Positions 35,368-50,347 of a DNA stretch of 51,671 nucleotides are shown one piece after another (position 1 is the stretch's first letter; every line of letters starts with the position of its first letter). Origin of the DNA: Bigelowiella natans CCMP2755 (taxonomy: Eukaryota > Protista > Cercozoa); NCBI GenBank assembly GCA_000320545.1, contig ADNK01000062.1, positions 1-51,671 on the forward strand, read 5' to 3'. The position numbers and the translations under genes are program-made. Under the pieces are notes generated by a model. It made no database searches. It had not been told where the DNA came from and saw nothing but the letters and a program-made list of their open reading frames with translations.

Positions 35368-36196
35368 TGTGATTATCCTTTCCGATGAAGAGCTCCGGCT
35401 TCTGTACAATGTGCAATCTTCCGTGGCTAGTGCTAACGAAGAACATAGAAACATATTCTTTTTCTAAAACGGAATCTATTTTCCATCATCCGACAAAATT
35501 TCAGTGGTAAAATATTATTAACATGCATGGCATCTTTGCAATGTCGCAAGTTTGTGGTTGAGAGTAGGTCTTAAGATATGTGAGAGTACAAGTCTTAATA
35601 TTTATCCTCTTATGTTCATTATTATTCTTCCAAGTGGTTTGTATTTGTACATCAAGTTAGTTAGTTGTTCTGTTCGCATCCTTGACTTCCCAGCTATGTT
35701 TTTTCACCGAAGTGATTTCCATGTTGTCTCATTAGATCTACACCAAAGTGATTTTCATACTTGTGGATGTTGTCCCATAACGGATATGTTGGTTAGTTAT
35801 TCTAGTCGCATCCTTGTTGTTGTTGTTGTGGTTGTTGTTGTTGTCGTTGTTGTTGTTGTTATTGTTGTTGTTGTTGCCGTAGGATACTGGAATCCAACTA
35901 CGATACGATATGCGAGCACAACTGTGACGAACTAACCCACCCCCACCATCATCGAGAGTACGACACCCGATCTGCCGCTGCCGCTGCTACACACAGGCTT
36001 TCTTCTTCGGAATGATGATAATGATGGTAATGATGATGGAGATGGTGATAATGAGTGAAAAGAGAGCACGGTGTCGCGAAGGAGGAGGCCTCTTCCCTAG
36101 AAATGGATAAAGCACACTGCGTATAGTACTTGTAGACTTGCACTTTGGTTGCTGCTGCAACTTTTCAAGCGTCACATCTCGACCACATACCCACCG

Positions 36197-39017
36197 ATGA
36201 TCCGGATTATACCCTACCGACGACAACGACTCCTCTACTTTCACTCTATTGGACTCCCACCCTTCATGATCATGATCATCGTCACCATCTCTGTCTTCTT
36301 CTTGGCGTGCATAGTTCCTGCCACCATGTTAAATCTCACTCAAGTTCCAGGTTTGGATGACAGTCAAAAATCAAACAACTTCGATGCTAATTTTCCCCTT
36401 ACACCTTAGAGACTACTACATTGTACAACAATGGTGCCAAGGAACGACACAGTCGCTTCGAAACGAATCTTGAAGAGCTTGCACGGGTTGCTGCTGCGAG
36501 AGCGGAGCAGCAAGTTAAGCACCAGAAAGAGGGTAGTAGGAATATGCATGCTGCTATGTGGATTCTCCAGTGTCTCCATCACCTTGGAATGTATGTTTTG
36601 GTCTCCCCCCCCTCTCTTCTTCCAGTCTGCCATCCCTTCACCGCCACGACACTATCCATTTTTCTTTATGAAAATAATTAGTTATAAGAAAAGAGGATTT
36701 AAAGGCTGAGTGCGAAAAATACTTCATAGACGCCCTCACATGTAACTACTACTTCTCAAGTGAATAGAATTGACTGTTATCCTGTCGTCAAGTATGATGC
36801 TGTTGTGCCCGAAAATTTATTTCTAAATTGGGTTAAAACATGACATCCAGATTCTGTATGTACGCACAGATGATGCTCAAAAAGGTGTTGGCAAAAGTGA
36901 TCAAGATTCACAGTGCCTCGCGTGCGAACTTCCCAAAGCGGACATCTCACCTGTAAGTATGTAGTGATGAAAAGTAGCATGAGAATAGCAGCATTATCTA
37001 AATGTGTGGTGTTCCCAAATTGTCAGGGCTTATATCTCAAGATACTAGCTTCTCTCGGTGCCAAGTCATCACGGCAGTTATTACGTAGGCTTCGAACTGA
37101 TCACAAATTGTCTTCATTGAGAGATATAAGAATACCAGGCGAAGAATAAAGGAATATTCTCTCACCGCCATACACAGCAAGAAAGGGAGAGAGAGAGAGA
37201 GAGAATTACTAACAAACCTTGATGATGTCAGGACATATGGAGGATCACATTGATGAGAATACTGATTTCGATGATGAAGAAAATGTGATGGAAGTTCCTG
37301 GGGTAAAGTTGATTTTTCCTATTTTTCGCATTGTTTTATCAAAGTACAAAGATGAATGATTCAAATATATCTTATATTAGGAGGAGGAATATCGTGCTTG
37401 TTTACAGTCACAATGGAAAACAGGAACTCCAGAGGATGTGGAGATAGTCTTAGGTACTAATAATTATGGTTTGCTACTGTGTGTGGGTCGGTTTGTCGCT
37501 CCGTCAGTGTGTTCTGTTGTTTGCTGCTTACTTGTGCTGCTGTTAGGGCTGAGAATAATAATAATAAACATCCGTCTTGTTTTTAGTATACTGCCTTCGA
37601 TTTCTTGGAAATAAAATATCTTCTTGATCTAAATATCTTCTTGATCTAATTCTAATTATCATAAATGTGATCATCATTATCATCATCATCATCATCATCA
37701 TCATCATCTGCACAGACTGGATGGACAAAGAGGGCATAGATGCATCGGTTTCGGATAAAGGCTTGCTAATCTCTTCATATCTCAATCACGGGCAAAAGGA
37801 TTGCGCCGAGAGAATGCTGAGAAATTTGGACAGAGAGAATGCTACCATGACCAAGGTATCATCATCATCATCATCATCATTCACTACAATTCCTACTTCT
37901 CAGTTGTTCCTACGGATAATAATAATAATACCCCATTTATCATCATCATCGTCATCATCATCATCGTTTTAATCATGATGATGGCCATAGGGGGTACTCG
38001 ATGAGATTCTTTCTCGATGCAAAGATGGGGTGGAGGTCGGTCTATCCCTTGATGTGAAATAAGCTTTGCCAATATCAACATAAGTGAACATAGGCATTAT
38101 ACGACGACGAAGAGGAGGAGGAGGAAAACAAAACATTTCAACGTTGAAAAAGAAAGAATCGCCATCGCCCCACCCCCCTCTCCCCTCTCCAATCATATCA
38201 CCTCAAATATCATCATCAAATCTTAATACTTTCTGGACGAATCTCTCATATGTTGATAATGCAGGCAGAAACGATTATAGCGTATATGCGGGACAAATCT
38301 AGCATTGAGGTACATTCAAACATGCTGCTGCTATAGCCACTGTGACGGAAAAGTAGAAGAAGTGAAAAGGAGTATGTAGTTATTGTACTTACACATATTG
38401 TCTTCGTCCATAGAATCAACACCTTATTATTACCATCATATTGAGAGATAGAGCTTTTTGGTCATACAATTGTATGTCGTCAAGATATCATCACCCACCA
38501 TAAATCATCATCAAATATCATCATCTTAGGTGGATTCGGAAACGAAGAGTAGGCTTCTCAAGGTAGTATGCATTATTATGGCTTAGTAGCAGTGAGAAAG
38601 GAGGAGGAGCAGGAATAAGAAAAAGAAGAAAAAGGGGGAAACATGCCCACCACCCCGATTGTTCTTTGTCATCATTATCATCATCATCATCATCATTATT
38701 ATTATCATCACCCCGATTGTTCTTTGTCATCATCATCATCATCATCATCACACTTAGTATGTAGTAGTCACGAAGTCAATCAGAGACCTTCTCTAGAAGC
38801 TTCTTCTTCTTCTTCTTCTTTTTCAGCCTCTTTTCACACTATGTGGCCGTTGCTACGTACTACTATTAACTATCCTACTACCACCACTACCACTATGCTA
38901 CGAAAAGATATACTGTAAGAGCAATGAAGCTGAGGAGGCCTGGGATATCTTCTCATCTATCACTGATGATAACCATCCTAAGGGACCTACGGTGCTAGCA
39001 GCAGCCCGAATTCGCAG

Positions 39018-39057
<40 letters not shown>

Positions 39058-39902
39058 CCGTCCACAATTTAGTTTTCGTCGAGAATAGAGAGATAGTATT
39101 AGTATTAGTAGTAGTAGTAGTAGTAGTAGTAGCTCAAGATTCCTTCAATAGAAAGTAGTCTCTCCGATGAGTGAATGAATACATCCATTCACAACGATCT
39201 GCATATTTAACATACTAATCATACTGATACAACAATTACTATAAAGTAAAATAATAATGATAACAACAATAATAATGATAATAGAGTTTCCTTCGAGTGG
39301 AGCTATGCGAAGATTTATTGAAGACATTGGATACGAAGGTGGTAGTTGTGCTAATCATCACGTATGAATACATGCAGCACCCAATTGTTGTTTCCTTATT
39401 CTACTTCTACCATACACAACTGGTGATGGTGGTGGTGGTGGTGCTGCTGCTGCTGTACTTAGATGATGTTCAGAAGAATGGTGGAAGGATGGGAGATCAT
39501 AAGGGATGATATTCGCCTAAAAGATAGTATCGAGCCAACACAGGAAATGTATTTGTTTACTTATTTATCTATTATGATAAAAGAGCACTATTATCATCAT
39601 CATCATCATAATCATCATAATCATAATCATCATTATCATCATCACTATATGTCTAAAAAAAAAACCTTTATTTGAGGAGTAGTAGTAGCATCTCACGTGG
39701 TAGTAACATGATATTTTTAAGTTTGAAATTTGATGATGGTGGGTGGCTGAAAGAAGAAGAATTGAATCATTTTACTGCTGCTGTCTGTTGCTAAGAAGTT
39801 AATCGATCATCATTATCATCATCATCACCATCGTTATTATTATATGTAGGTACAGGTTGATAACGAAGGCTTACGTGAACCTCAAAGATTTCATAGGGGT
39901 AA

Positions 39903-39935
<33 letters not shown>

Positions 39936-41160
39936 CAATATGATAAGTGCTGTTGTCATCGTCTCCATTGCTCATCAGAGATGATGATAAACATCAGAGG
40001 GAAAATGGTAATGATGATGATGATGATGATGATGGGATTAGGAGGATTTGAAGGAGAAGAAGGGGAGGAAGAAGATGATGGTGAATTGTAGTTGTTGTAT
40101 ATATTGGTGTCCGATCGACGACTCAGGCTCATCAACTATTGGATTATCGTTCAGAAAAAACGAATTTGGTACTGTTATCATCATCAGCATCATCATCATC
40201 ATCATCATCATCATCATATCTTCTCTCTTACCGTTAGGAATGTGTTATGATCAACACCATTGAATAAAGCCTTATGAATACTATCAGGCACCTGCTCCAC
40301 GGATAGTGGAAGTTGTTATGCACGGTCTTGTAATGATAACACGGAATTATAACAGCGCTGTTAAGGTCGTCTAGGTCGCCATTTTGAAGAATGGGGAGTC
40401 AAACGTCATCGTCATCGTCGTCGTTTTGAAGTCCTCGTGATGTCAGTTGTATATTTTCCCTTTTTTTTTGTTTCTGTCTTTTTACAATTTGAATGTATGT
40501 ATCTGTATTACGCTTGTTAGTTATTTGAAAGCTCTAAGAAACAGGGAGTCACAATGGGTTCTGCAATCTACAAATTAGCTGTGAGTAAATGATGATTAAT
40601 AATGATGAGGATGGTGATTGGAACAACCCAATAACTTTGTGTTATATATCATCGTCTTCGTAGTTGCTTAGACGCTATCATACTTACAGGATGATGATGT
40701 ATATTTCATGTTAGGTAAAGTCCCTCGAAGAATCAGGGCAGGTAGTAATACCGTGTATTAACATTTGAAGTAACAGTAGTAATAGTAGTAGTAGTTGTAG
40801 TAGTCGTAGTACCTCTAGATGATATGTCACTAGTAATTCAAAGTGGCGGTGCCATTCATTGTGTGCGTGCATGCTAACAGGTTGGAAAGGCAATCGATGT
40901 GCTCCGAGAAATGAAGGTTTTGTCCTATATAACAGCAGCAGCAGCAGTAGCACACAACATCATCATCATCCTCTGCAAAATAAATGTAGAGGAGAACCGA
41001 CGACGTGTATTCTCATCATCATACATTCGAAATTAAGCAGATGTATAAGAATTATACACATTAGGATAAAGGACTTGTTGTTGATGAAAGTGCGCACAAG
41101 AATAAGCTGGAATCTCTCTTGGTTAGGGTTTACAAAAAAATTGATCTGAAGATGGATTAG
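36197..41160 (+). CDS. Pentatricopeptide-repeat-like helical protein with signal-like N-terminus, many microsatellite-rich introns
   Basis: Leader FMIMIIVTISVFFLACIVPA. Exons read DWMDKEGIDAS...LLISSYLNHGQKDCAERML, EEAWDIFSSI, YRLITKAYVNL, SLEESGQ|VGKAIDVLREMK|DKGL (PPR-type pattern); stop TAG at 41158-41160. Internal exon set is incompletely resolved. Confidence 0.7.
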
Positions 41161-41279
41161 ATCAATACGCCTCATATAGCATTCGATGAATCCATCTGCT
41201 CTGTGGAAAACGCAGCACACACAGCAGTAGTAGTAGTGTTAGTGCGCTACGTACTCATTCGACACAAAACCTCGCTAGT

Positions 41280-41870
41280 AGTCATGTGCACAAAATGTCG
41301 ATCCGTCTAGCGCCATGCACGCAGCAAATGCGTGTGCTTCATGACTGCCACGTGTCGTACCCAATCAATCATTGAACAACAATCATCCATGCTAGCATGC
41401 ATGGCCGATGACGCAATGACTAACTGACCACGTCGCATTGATGACATGACAACTGTAGAACCGCTACATTGTGCACGTGTGCGTTCTGGCTGACAACGTT
41501 CCCTGCGCACATTCCAGCGTGCGCGCGAGCAACGTGTGACCCTGCTTTCATCAAATGATGGACATGCAACATGCGAATCCACACATGATGATGGCATGCG
41601 TACACACAGACACACACACACACACACACACACACGTCTCAGACGTTGCTACATCTGCACAATGCGGATGCAATGAAACACAAGATTGCATCAATTGAGA
41701 CACGTGAAAGACTGCTTGATTACACAATGTCATGATGTGCGTTGCATGCTTTGTCCATCGACTTGTTGCAATTTTGTAGTTTTGATCATTCATCACATCC
41801 ATCATCGCATGCATCATGCTTTCACCCACACATGCATGGCTTGATGCTGCTGCGAATCTGCTGCTATACG
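41280..41870. repeat. TpA-poor, TG/CA-rich island between convergent PPR and ABC1K1 3' ends
   Basis: CATG/TGCA/CACGTG-rich, few TpA, (CA)n at 41611-41635, Cys/His-rich spurious ORFs. Confidence 0.6.
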
Positions 41871-41988
41871 TTGTATCTGTGTTATGGTAATAATCGTAGC
41901 GTTACGCCATCATGATTGTCGCAATAAACTAACAACTTGCTCTCAATCCGTAAGAAGATCGTATTTTTTGTTCTTCATCATAACTGTA

Positions 41989-42021
<33 letters not shown>

Positions 42022-42034
42022 CAGTGTCTCTTCT

Positions 42035-42240
42035 TTAAGATGTTAAGATACGCGTGCTCCACTCTCTAAGAATCTCTCTCGATACGCTAGGTATTTCGTT
42101 GATAATCCTGGTTGTATTCACAGCCCCAGAGCCCCGGAGAACCTTAAGGAATCAAAATTTTAAAAAAATGAGCTACGATGAGGACGATAATACCAACTTT
42201 TTCCATGCATGATGAAAAAGGATGAGCGATATGATAAACC

Positions 42241-42275
<35 letters not shown>

Positions 42276-42537
42276 CAACCAAAGTCGTAGTAGAAGTAGT
42301 TGTAGTAGTTTTACCTCTAATAGAGACCTCACTTCAGGTATAGCGAGTCGGTCGCCTTATTAGTAAGTAGCAGCAGCAACAGCAGCAATAGTACTTAGTA
42401 ATAATGATGATGATGATGATGATATGACGATGTCGGCAATCAAGACGAATGTCATTGAGATTTGATTCACACATTATGTATGAATCGTCGCTGTTACTAG
42501 CCACAACACACACACGTACACACATAAACACACACAT

Positions 42538-42609
<72 letters not shown>

Positions 42610-42761
42610 TACAAAAATGCACGCATGTTAACGTGTTCTCGCAGCTTTCATCATCATCATCATCATATCGTAGCATTTGAAGTAATCATAAAGAGCACCA
42701 CCAACCTTCTGTAAATGCGTCAACCAGCTGTGTTCTTAATTCTCTATCGAAAGTAAGGACC

Positions 42762-42792
<31 letters not shown>

Positions 42793-43789
42793 AAGATGAT
42801 GATGATGATCTAAGTTTATATGATCCAGTGTGTTGCGATCCATCCTATTCATATAGGACATGTCCGCTAACTATCATCCCCCCTCCTCGTCGTCATCATC
42901 ATCCTTCTCCTCCATACTACTACTGCTGCTGCTGCTGCTGTGTACCACCTTGATCATGTCACGTCCTGTGGAAGAAGAAGAAAAAGAACAAAGAAAGAAG
43001 AAAGAAAGAAGATCATCAAAAAAGTAACAGTAGTAGTGGTAGTAGTAGTAGTAGTAGCAAGCCATCATTTGTATTGTTAAAATGTATCATCGTCAGCAGC
43101 AATAGACATTTGTTACACAGAAGAATCTCTGACCCATCAGCATCAACAAGCTTACATTCCCCTCTAATCCATCACCATCACCATCCTCCTCCTCTTCCTC
43201 TTCCTTTTGCCGCTACTACTACTACTACTACTACTACTACACTAGTACTACAGCACCAGTTTCAGTGAGATCTAAAGACAGGTCACCGTCTGAATTCCTG
43301 GATCATCGTATCATGAGTAGCATGCACACACAGATATGATACGTAAATGTTTGTTAGTGCTTATTGTGTGTGAGAAACCACGATTTTTCACATATAATTA
43401 GAACAGTTATAGGTAGGTATTTTGGTTGCAATACTGTAGTAGCAAATAATACGCTGACATAACGTGTCAGTTTGCATTTCTCGGATTGAAGTAAGTATAT
43501 AGATAGTGATCCTTCTTTTATATAGTGATCCTTCTTTTATATAGTGATCCTTCTTTTATATAGTGATCCTTCTTTTAAGATGATGATGATATATTGTATT
43601 GTTACAACTACTACCACTACTACTACTACTACGTTATTGTTGTTATTGTTTGATATATTATTATTTTTTTTATCATTATTATTATCATTACTTTGCAAGA
43701 AGGATCAGGTTCTCCAGACGGTTCCAATCAAATTTGCCATCCTTTGGTGGTAGCAGCAGCAGCATCATACAAAGGTGATTATAAGTAGT

Positions 43790-43822
<33 letters not shown>

Positions 43823-45230
43823 TAGTTGTTACCTTATAAAGGATTTCTAATAGTCTAGTTCTCAATCGACTATCGGTTAGCAGCCGCTTTGCTACATATG
43901 GATATGCAACCTGATATAAAAGAAAAGAGAGAGAGAGAGTCAGAGGTGAACGTTGATTGTATTTCAGAACGACGAGATGAAGTCATTGCAGCAGTGAGTG
44001 ACCACTATTCGCTAATTATTCTTCAATCAATGGACAGCAGCAGCAACAACAACATCATCATCATCATCAAATACTGCTCCTCCTTTAATTACTACTTCAA
44101 CCTCCTTCTACCAGTATTACTTACTACCTCGAGAAACTTGAAGTCAGGTTTCAATGAGAGGCAAATCCCCTCTTGAGTAAGCAAAGATCTGGGGGTGATG
44201 GTGGTGGTGGTGGTGATGGGAATTAAATATCATCAGAAGAGGAAGAATAGAAGAAGAAGAAGAAGAAGAAGAAGAAGGAGAAGAAGAAGGAGAAGAAGAA
44301 GGAGAAGAAGAAGGAGAAGAAGGAGAAGGAAAAGATGGAGAACTCGTAGTAACAGTAATATTATTATGATTTATAATATCATTATTACTACTACCTGATG
44401 ACTAAAGCATATCTCTCTGGAATACGAATTGGATATTCATACACTAATTCATTGAATTTGCCTAAATCACAACATTAATGTGTATTTACGATAAGTAAGA
44501 TGATAATGATGATGATGATGATGATGATGAGGAAGATGAAGATAATGGATAATGGCATATCGATGGTCTATAAAAGCCTGAGCATCGTTCTCATGGATTC
44601 ATTTCCAATCATCATCATTATCATCTTCTTCTTCTTCTCGTTCTTCTTCTTCTTGTTGTTGTTCTCTCTTTCTCAACCTGTAACTGTTCGAAAGTTGAAG
44701 TTTTCCAACGTTTGTACCTAGAGTAGATAGTAGTAATGATGATGAGAAGGATGAAGGACAAAATAAATATGATGCCTGTAGTTCCAACATGATGATCATG
44801 ATTATAATCATCACTATTTTTATTATCATTGAGCTGCTATAATAATGATTTTTCCCTACCGCACTGTCCTTCCATATCTTCTCCAAAGCTGGTTCTATAG
44901 GCTTGACATCAGTACCTGGTGCAAGAAATCTAGACGAGAGGCAGAGAGGCAGAGAGGGGGATGATAAATAATAACAACTATTTCAAGGATTTGACTATTG
45001 CAAAAAAAGTACTCAATGAGTAGTATATAGTGTTATATAAAGCTACTTACTACAACTTGTGAAGCTGCTCTGCCCCTCACCCCCTTCAAAGAAGGAACCA
45101 CACATACACACACGCTCCTGCTCATTATTATCATTCTCCTTATTGTTATTGTTATTGTTACTATTATTACCCTAATTTGACGAAGTCACCAGCCATCTCC
45201 TTGTAATCCTCATTTACGGCATGAACCACC

Positions 45231-45262
<32 letters not shown>

Positions 45263-45271
45263 TGTGTATGT

Positions 45272-45304
<33 letters not shown>

Positions 45305-45344
45305 AGCAAGAATAATACTATATTGAGTACTACTGCTACCACTG

Positions 45345-45381
<37 letters not shown>

Positions 45382-45881
45382 CTACCGCATCTATTAAAAT
45401 CTCTTTGTTTGATTCTGATCTACTACTACTACCTACCGCATCTATTAAAATCTCTTTGTTTGATTCTGATATTTCAGCAACGTTTCCTGTTACATTATTA
45501 TTATTATTATTATTATTATTATCATCATTACGATAAGAACAAAAGATTGAATAAGGAAGAGAAGGAGGATAACTACTACTACTACTACTACTACTTTTTT
45601 ACCAAAATCCACATAAGCAATACGACCATCATCCAGGGCGAAGATGTTTCCTAATAATAACCATGATGATAAGATTGAGGATACTACTTACTACTGCTAT
45701 TGCTACTGCTACTACTACTACTACTACTACTACTACGAAGTACCAGCGTGAGGATCGGCATGAAATAATCCAAATTCAAGAAGTTGTCGTAGTCCAGACA
45801 CCACCCCTTGTTGTTGTTGTTGTTTTTGTTGTTGTTTCGATCGAAGAAGATGAAGAAGAAGAAGAAGAAGAAGACAACAAA

Positions 45882-45957
<76 letters not shown>

Positions 45958-46779
45958 GAGAGGGAGAGGACAAGAAACAAATAAACAGACAGATTCATAT
46001 TTATCAATAAATATGACCATATTTATCAATAAATATGACACGCCATCACCACCACCACCACCACCTCCAGCAGCAGCAGCACTAGCAGCAGCACTTTCCT
46101 CCAAGAAAGGGACAGCAGCAAACATCGTTACCACCGCTCGCAATGGTAGTACATGATGATTCCTCCGTAACATTGTACTACTACTACTTCTACTACTACT
46201 ACTACTACCATGCCGAATAAACTCATCAACCTGACCCATATCCTGAATCTGACCGGTTCTGATTATCACAGTAGTAGTAGAAGAACAAGAAGAAGAAGAA
46301 GAAAGAAGATGATAAAGCATGTAAAAAGGTGAAGGGGAGAAGGATGGTTAAGGGGCGTCGATTGATGAATTTGTTTTGTTGTGTATGTATTTATTAAATC
46401 TAGTGGTGGATAGGAGTAGTACTTCTACAAGTACCTTGTGCATCGTGTACCATTGATCCATTCCATTGTTACGACCTGAGGGCCGGATAGCTCAGGATAT
46501 GGCTTGGGAATCTTGACGAAAGGATCCCCTGTTGTTAAAACAATAACAGCAAACAAAAACGACAAGGCAGATTGATGACTCATCAGCATATCCTTTTCAT
46601 CGTCATCATCTTCGCCTACTCCTTCTACACCTTCTACATCTTCTACTACAACTACTGCTGCTGCTGCTGCTACTGCTTGCTCTACTGATACTTAACCTTG
46701 GAAGTTTCTGAAGAAATCCTGTATATTGCGACATTCTTGTGTGTAGTCAAGCTCCTCCAACAGTTTCTCGCCAAACTAC

Positions 46780-46815
<36 letters not shown>

Positions 46816-46875
46816 ATCACATATAAGCATAACCATCAAGATTAGATCAGAATTAATAGTGGAGAATATCTATTG

Positions 46876-46918
<43 letters not shown>

Positions 46919-47717
46919 TCATTATTTCTCCATCCTATGTTAAACAAAAGCAAGAAATCATGAGCAGCAATATCATCATCCTTTGATCGTCCTTCGCTAT
47001 CTTTATATGAACCCTGTAGTGGCTGGATTTCTTACCAATCATCATCATCATCATCATCATCGTCGTCGTCGTTTCTATTGAAGACCTCATCGATGATTAA
47101 CTGCGCATTACAACCAAGTTGCCTCGAGCTCCATCCGTTGATCAGGCCAGCAAGTGATCGAAATATATACAAATCACGGTATAAATTCGGTTCAACCCCA
47201 GGTCGTTGCACCTGTACCCCACAGAGAAAGAGGGGAAAGACGACTTTATATCAGTACACAACTCTGATGCATACATGATAAATATGTTTTCTTCTCTATT
47301 GGTTGTTTCTTGTCTAATTTACCTTGACAGCTACCAAGTCGCCATTGCTTCGTAAACGAGCTTTATAGACCTGTTAATGTGTGCATGCAAATGGTATATC
47401 AATAAAAAGATATTGGTATCTTTTGATCGCCGTGATGGGAAGGGGGGGGGGGGGAGGGGATCCCTTTGCTGTTGTCTGTACTAAATTTCGCAAAGGATTT
47501 GCGGAATGCTATAAGAGAACAACGGAGCATGTACACGCGCCGACCTGTCCTAAGCTTGCTGATGCAATAGGCCTTGGGGAAATCTCTGAAAAAACTTCGT
47601 CCAGAGGTCTTCCTACAAACAACAACAACAACAATATTTGCTTGCTGAGAAGAAATGATTAGAGGGCAGACAAGATAGACGGAGAAGAGACCACCAATAT
47701 AATAGTAAGCTGCTATG

Positions 47718-47763
<46 letters not shown>

Positions 47764-48867
47764 CACTCATTTGCTGCTAAGTCGGAAAGAATGCTTTAAC
47801 TTGAAAAGGAAAACCACCATCATCATCATCATCATCATCATTATCATCATCATTCTTCACGTATTATGATCAAATTTGGTTGTTTCAATAACATCTTCTC
47901 CTTCCTCATAAAAATAATTAATGACGTCACATGCTAATGATAGTCCTACTATGAGTTATTTATTAGAATTCAGTACTTACCTAAGCTTTCTTCTATGATT
48001 TGAAATGCCTGATCGCTCCTGTTTGTTAGTTAATAGTACTACTTTAAGGTTATGATTTGAAATCCCTGATCGCTCCAAGTTGTTAGTTAGTACTACTACT
48101 TTAAGGTGCTGTTGTTGTTATCAGGTGGAAAATGATAATGATGTTGTTGTTCTGACGACGTGGAGGACAAGCACACTATATGATACACCCCTGGCACACA
48201 ACAATCTAGTAGTAGTAGTAGCAGTGTATCCGCTATTATACCGAGGAGGAAGATCCAACAACAACAATTAAAAACTAGTTGTTTATTATTAACAATCTTA
48301 AACAACATCTTGTTGTCTATTGATACATACAGTAATCAACGATGATTTTACTACCGGAATGGTGGCACGTCATCTTGAAGCTTTCCGAGCTCATTCATAT
48401 AATCTTCTCGTACAATATCTGGACGGTTGGCGAGAACCTGACCTGCTTTTACCTGTAGTTTTGAGAACAACAAATCAAGACAGAAACCACGATTGTGTGT
48501 GATGATGATGATGATGATGATGCTGCAAGAGGGAGAGTTTACGGTTATTGAAAAGGATAGTGTCCTTCCTTTCCCGCTCCCCCTCCTCCTCCTCCTCACA
48601 TCATCATTATTGTTTCTCACGACGATGGTGACGAAAATGACGACGACGGAGACGTACAAAGGCTGGCCCTAAGCGAGCCAATGTTTCCCTTAGATGTGAA
48701 GCACGGTTTCGAACAACTTCAGGATTATCGTAGTCGCCTTGACTCTGATCTAGGGCTAGGCCTCCCAAGAAGGAAGATGCCTGATTGGTGGTAATTAATT
48801 CAATATAGGAAGAATAAACACATTTTACGGTGTTAAACAACGTAGTAGGTAATCAACTACTACCACC

Positions 48868-48906
<39 letters not shown>

Positions 48907-49229
48907 GTAGTATTATCGAAGGTAGGAGAGGACAACACAGAAATAATAAGAAAGACAACCAACCTCCCATGCCATTTGCAAGAACCGAGCGCTAACTCGA
49001 AACAGCTATAAAAGAATTCAATGAAACAACCGTCACTTCGAGTACATATGTTCACTGCGGAACGTAGCAAAAATGAAATGTATTATCTATATTTTAGCAC
49101 ATATTTGAACATAACCATTATCATCAGCATCATCATCAACAATAACAATACAATCCATGTCCTACCATAATCGCTCTACCACCATTATGTCAAAACTATT
49201 TTTCCCTACTACTTAATATACTATGTGGG

Positions 49230-49276
<47 letters not shown>

Positions 49277-49896
49277 ATATTTCGCAACATGCTTATAATT
49301 AATTATATTTTACTAATCCTGCCACTACTACTTACTACCCCGAGAGGGCCACTAAAAACTCGCTTTCGCACGTCCTCGGGGCTGTATTTTCGGAAGGCAA
49401 CGCAAGCTCCAGTCTCTATAATGATGGATGATGATTTCAAACTTAAGTATTTGTGTAATCGTACTGCTAAAACTGAAACTAAATCATAATGGAGAAGGAG
49501 CAGGAGCAGCACACCTAATTCCAGCTTCTGTCTCGAATCGTCTGCGTCGATCACCGTTGCCCTCGACTTCATTTGACGTTCTTTCCTACTACCACGAACC
49601 CATCGGTTTCTAATTTTCGAGATAGCTGCTTCCTTGGAGTATGAATTGAATCTTGTGTGGTGCTTCGGTGACACAGCAGCAGCTGGTGTATTCGAACACC
49701 TTGGTTGTAACAACGGGGCAGCTAGCAGTTCCAGTTGGGGTTTCCCACCCTCAAATGCGAAGATTGTATTGCTTAGACATCCCCAACAACATACGACGAA
49801 TGTAGTTATGACTACAACGAACGATAGGGAACACTTCCCCCGACGAGTGGATTTGAAGGGGCGATTGGCAAACCCTACGTACGAGGAGGGCTGCAT
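42035..49896 (-). CDS. ABC1K1: ABC1/UbiB atypical kinase, plastid ABC1K1 (PGR6)-like, bipartite leader, more than 20 exons
   Basis: LGPAF|VKAGQVLANRPDIVREDYMNEL..LQDDVPPF, PIASASLGQ|VYKARL, VAVK|VQRP, LLEELDY, HADPHA|GNIF, YVDF|GNV, RSLLTQEGIC, VAYPYVAKRLL, C-terminal PSVSREILREWSTRILTS*. Signal-like FVVVITTFVVCCWG followed by an Arg/Ser-rich transit-like region. Confidence 0.93.
43503..43577. repeat. Intronic minisatellite, 4 x 19 bp (ATAGTGATCCTTCTTTTAT)
   Basis: Direct tandem copies read in the sequence. Confidence 0.85.
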
Positions 49897-50347
49897 GCTC
49901 TGGTCCACGTTTGTTAGACAGAAGCTGGTTCATTTGAAGCTGCATGACACGAGGATTATACGCTAAATCGTCTAAAATACAATTGTCGCTCAATTCAACT
50001 CCAATCCTTTTTTCAATAATTCCCGTTTGTAGGCGATGAAAACACAACGACCCACCTTTAAAAAACAAGAGAATCCGCATCAGCCACAATTCCAATCCCC
50101 GTCATTGACGCTTGTGGTGTCGGCTCTCTCCACGATTCACGAAATGTCGGTCCACGACGCACTGCTGGTGGCCTTGGTTCCACATTGGCTAGATGTTGCT
50201 CTTACTAGCTTAGCGTGCTTGGAATGCAAGTGAGCTGCGGTCAAATGAGCAGTGAGCATGCGCCTTGTCGCAGGTGACTCAGGCTCAATCACCTTGCGCG
50301 CCACACAGATTGCCAATTCAAAAACACCCTGCTGGTTCACCAGTGGT

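Noticed and set aside
35526-36015. Possible small spliced gene upstream of the PPR gene
   Set aside because: Splice-like sites exist, but I could not establish a consistent frame or any homology; it may be UTR.
43503-43577. Short repeat array considered as CRISPR-like
   Set aside because: Contiguous tandem copies with no spacers, inside a eukaryotic intron.
37500-49300. Numerous homopolymer-rich ORFs (poly-I/S/V/H/Y/R)
   Set aside because: Translations of intronic microsatellites.
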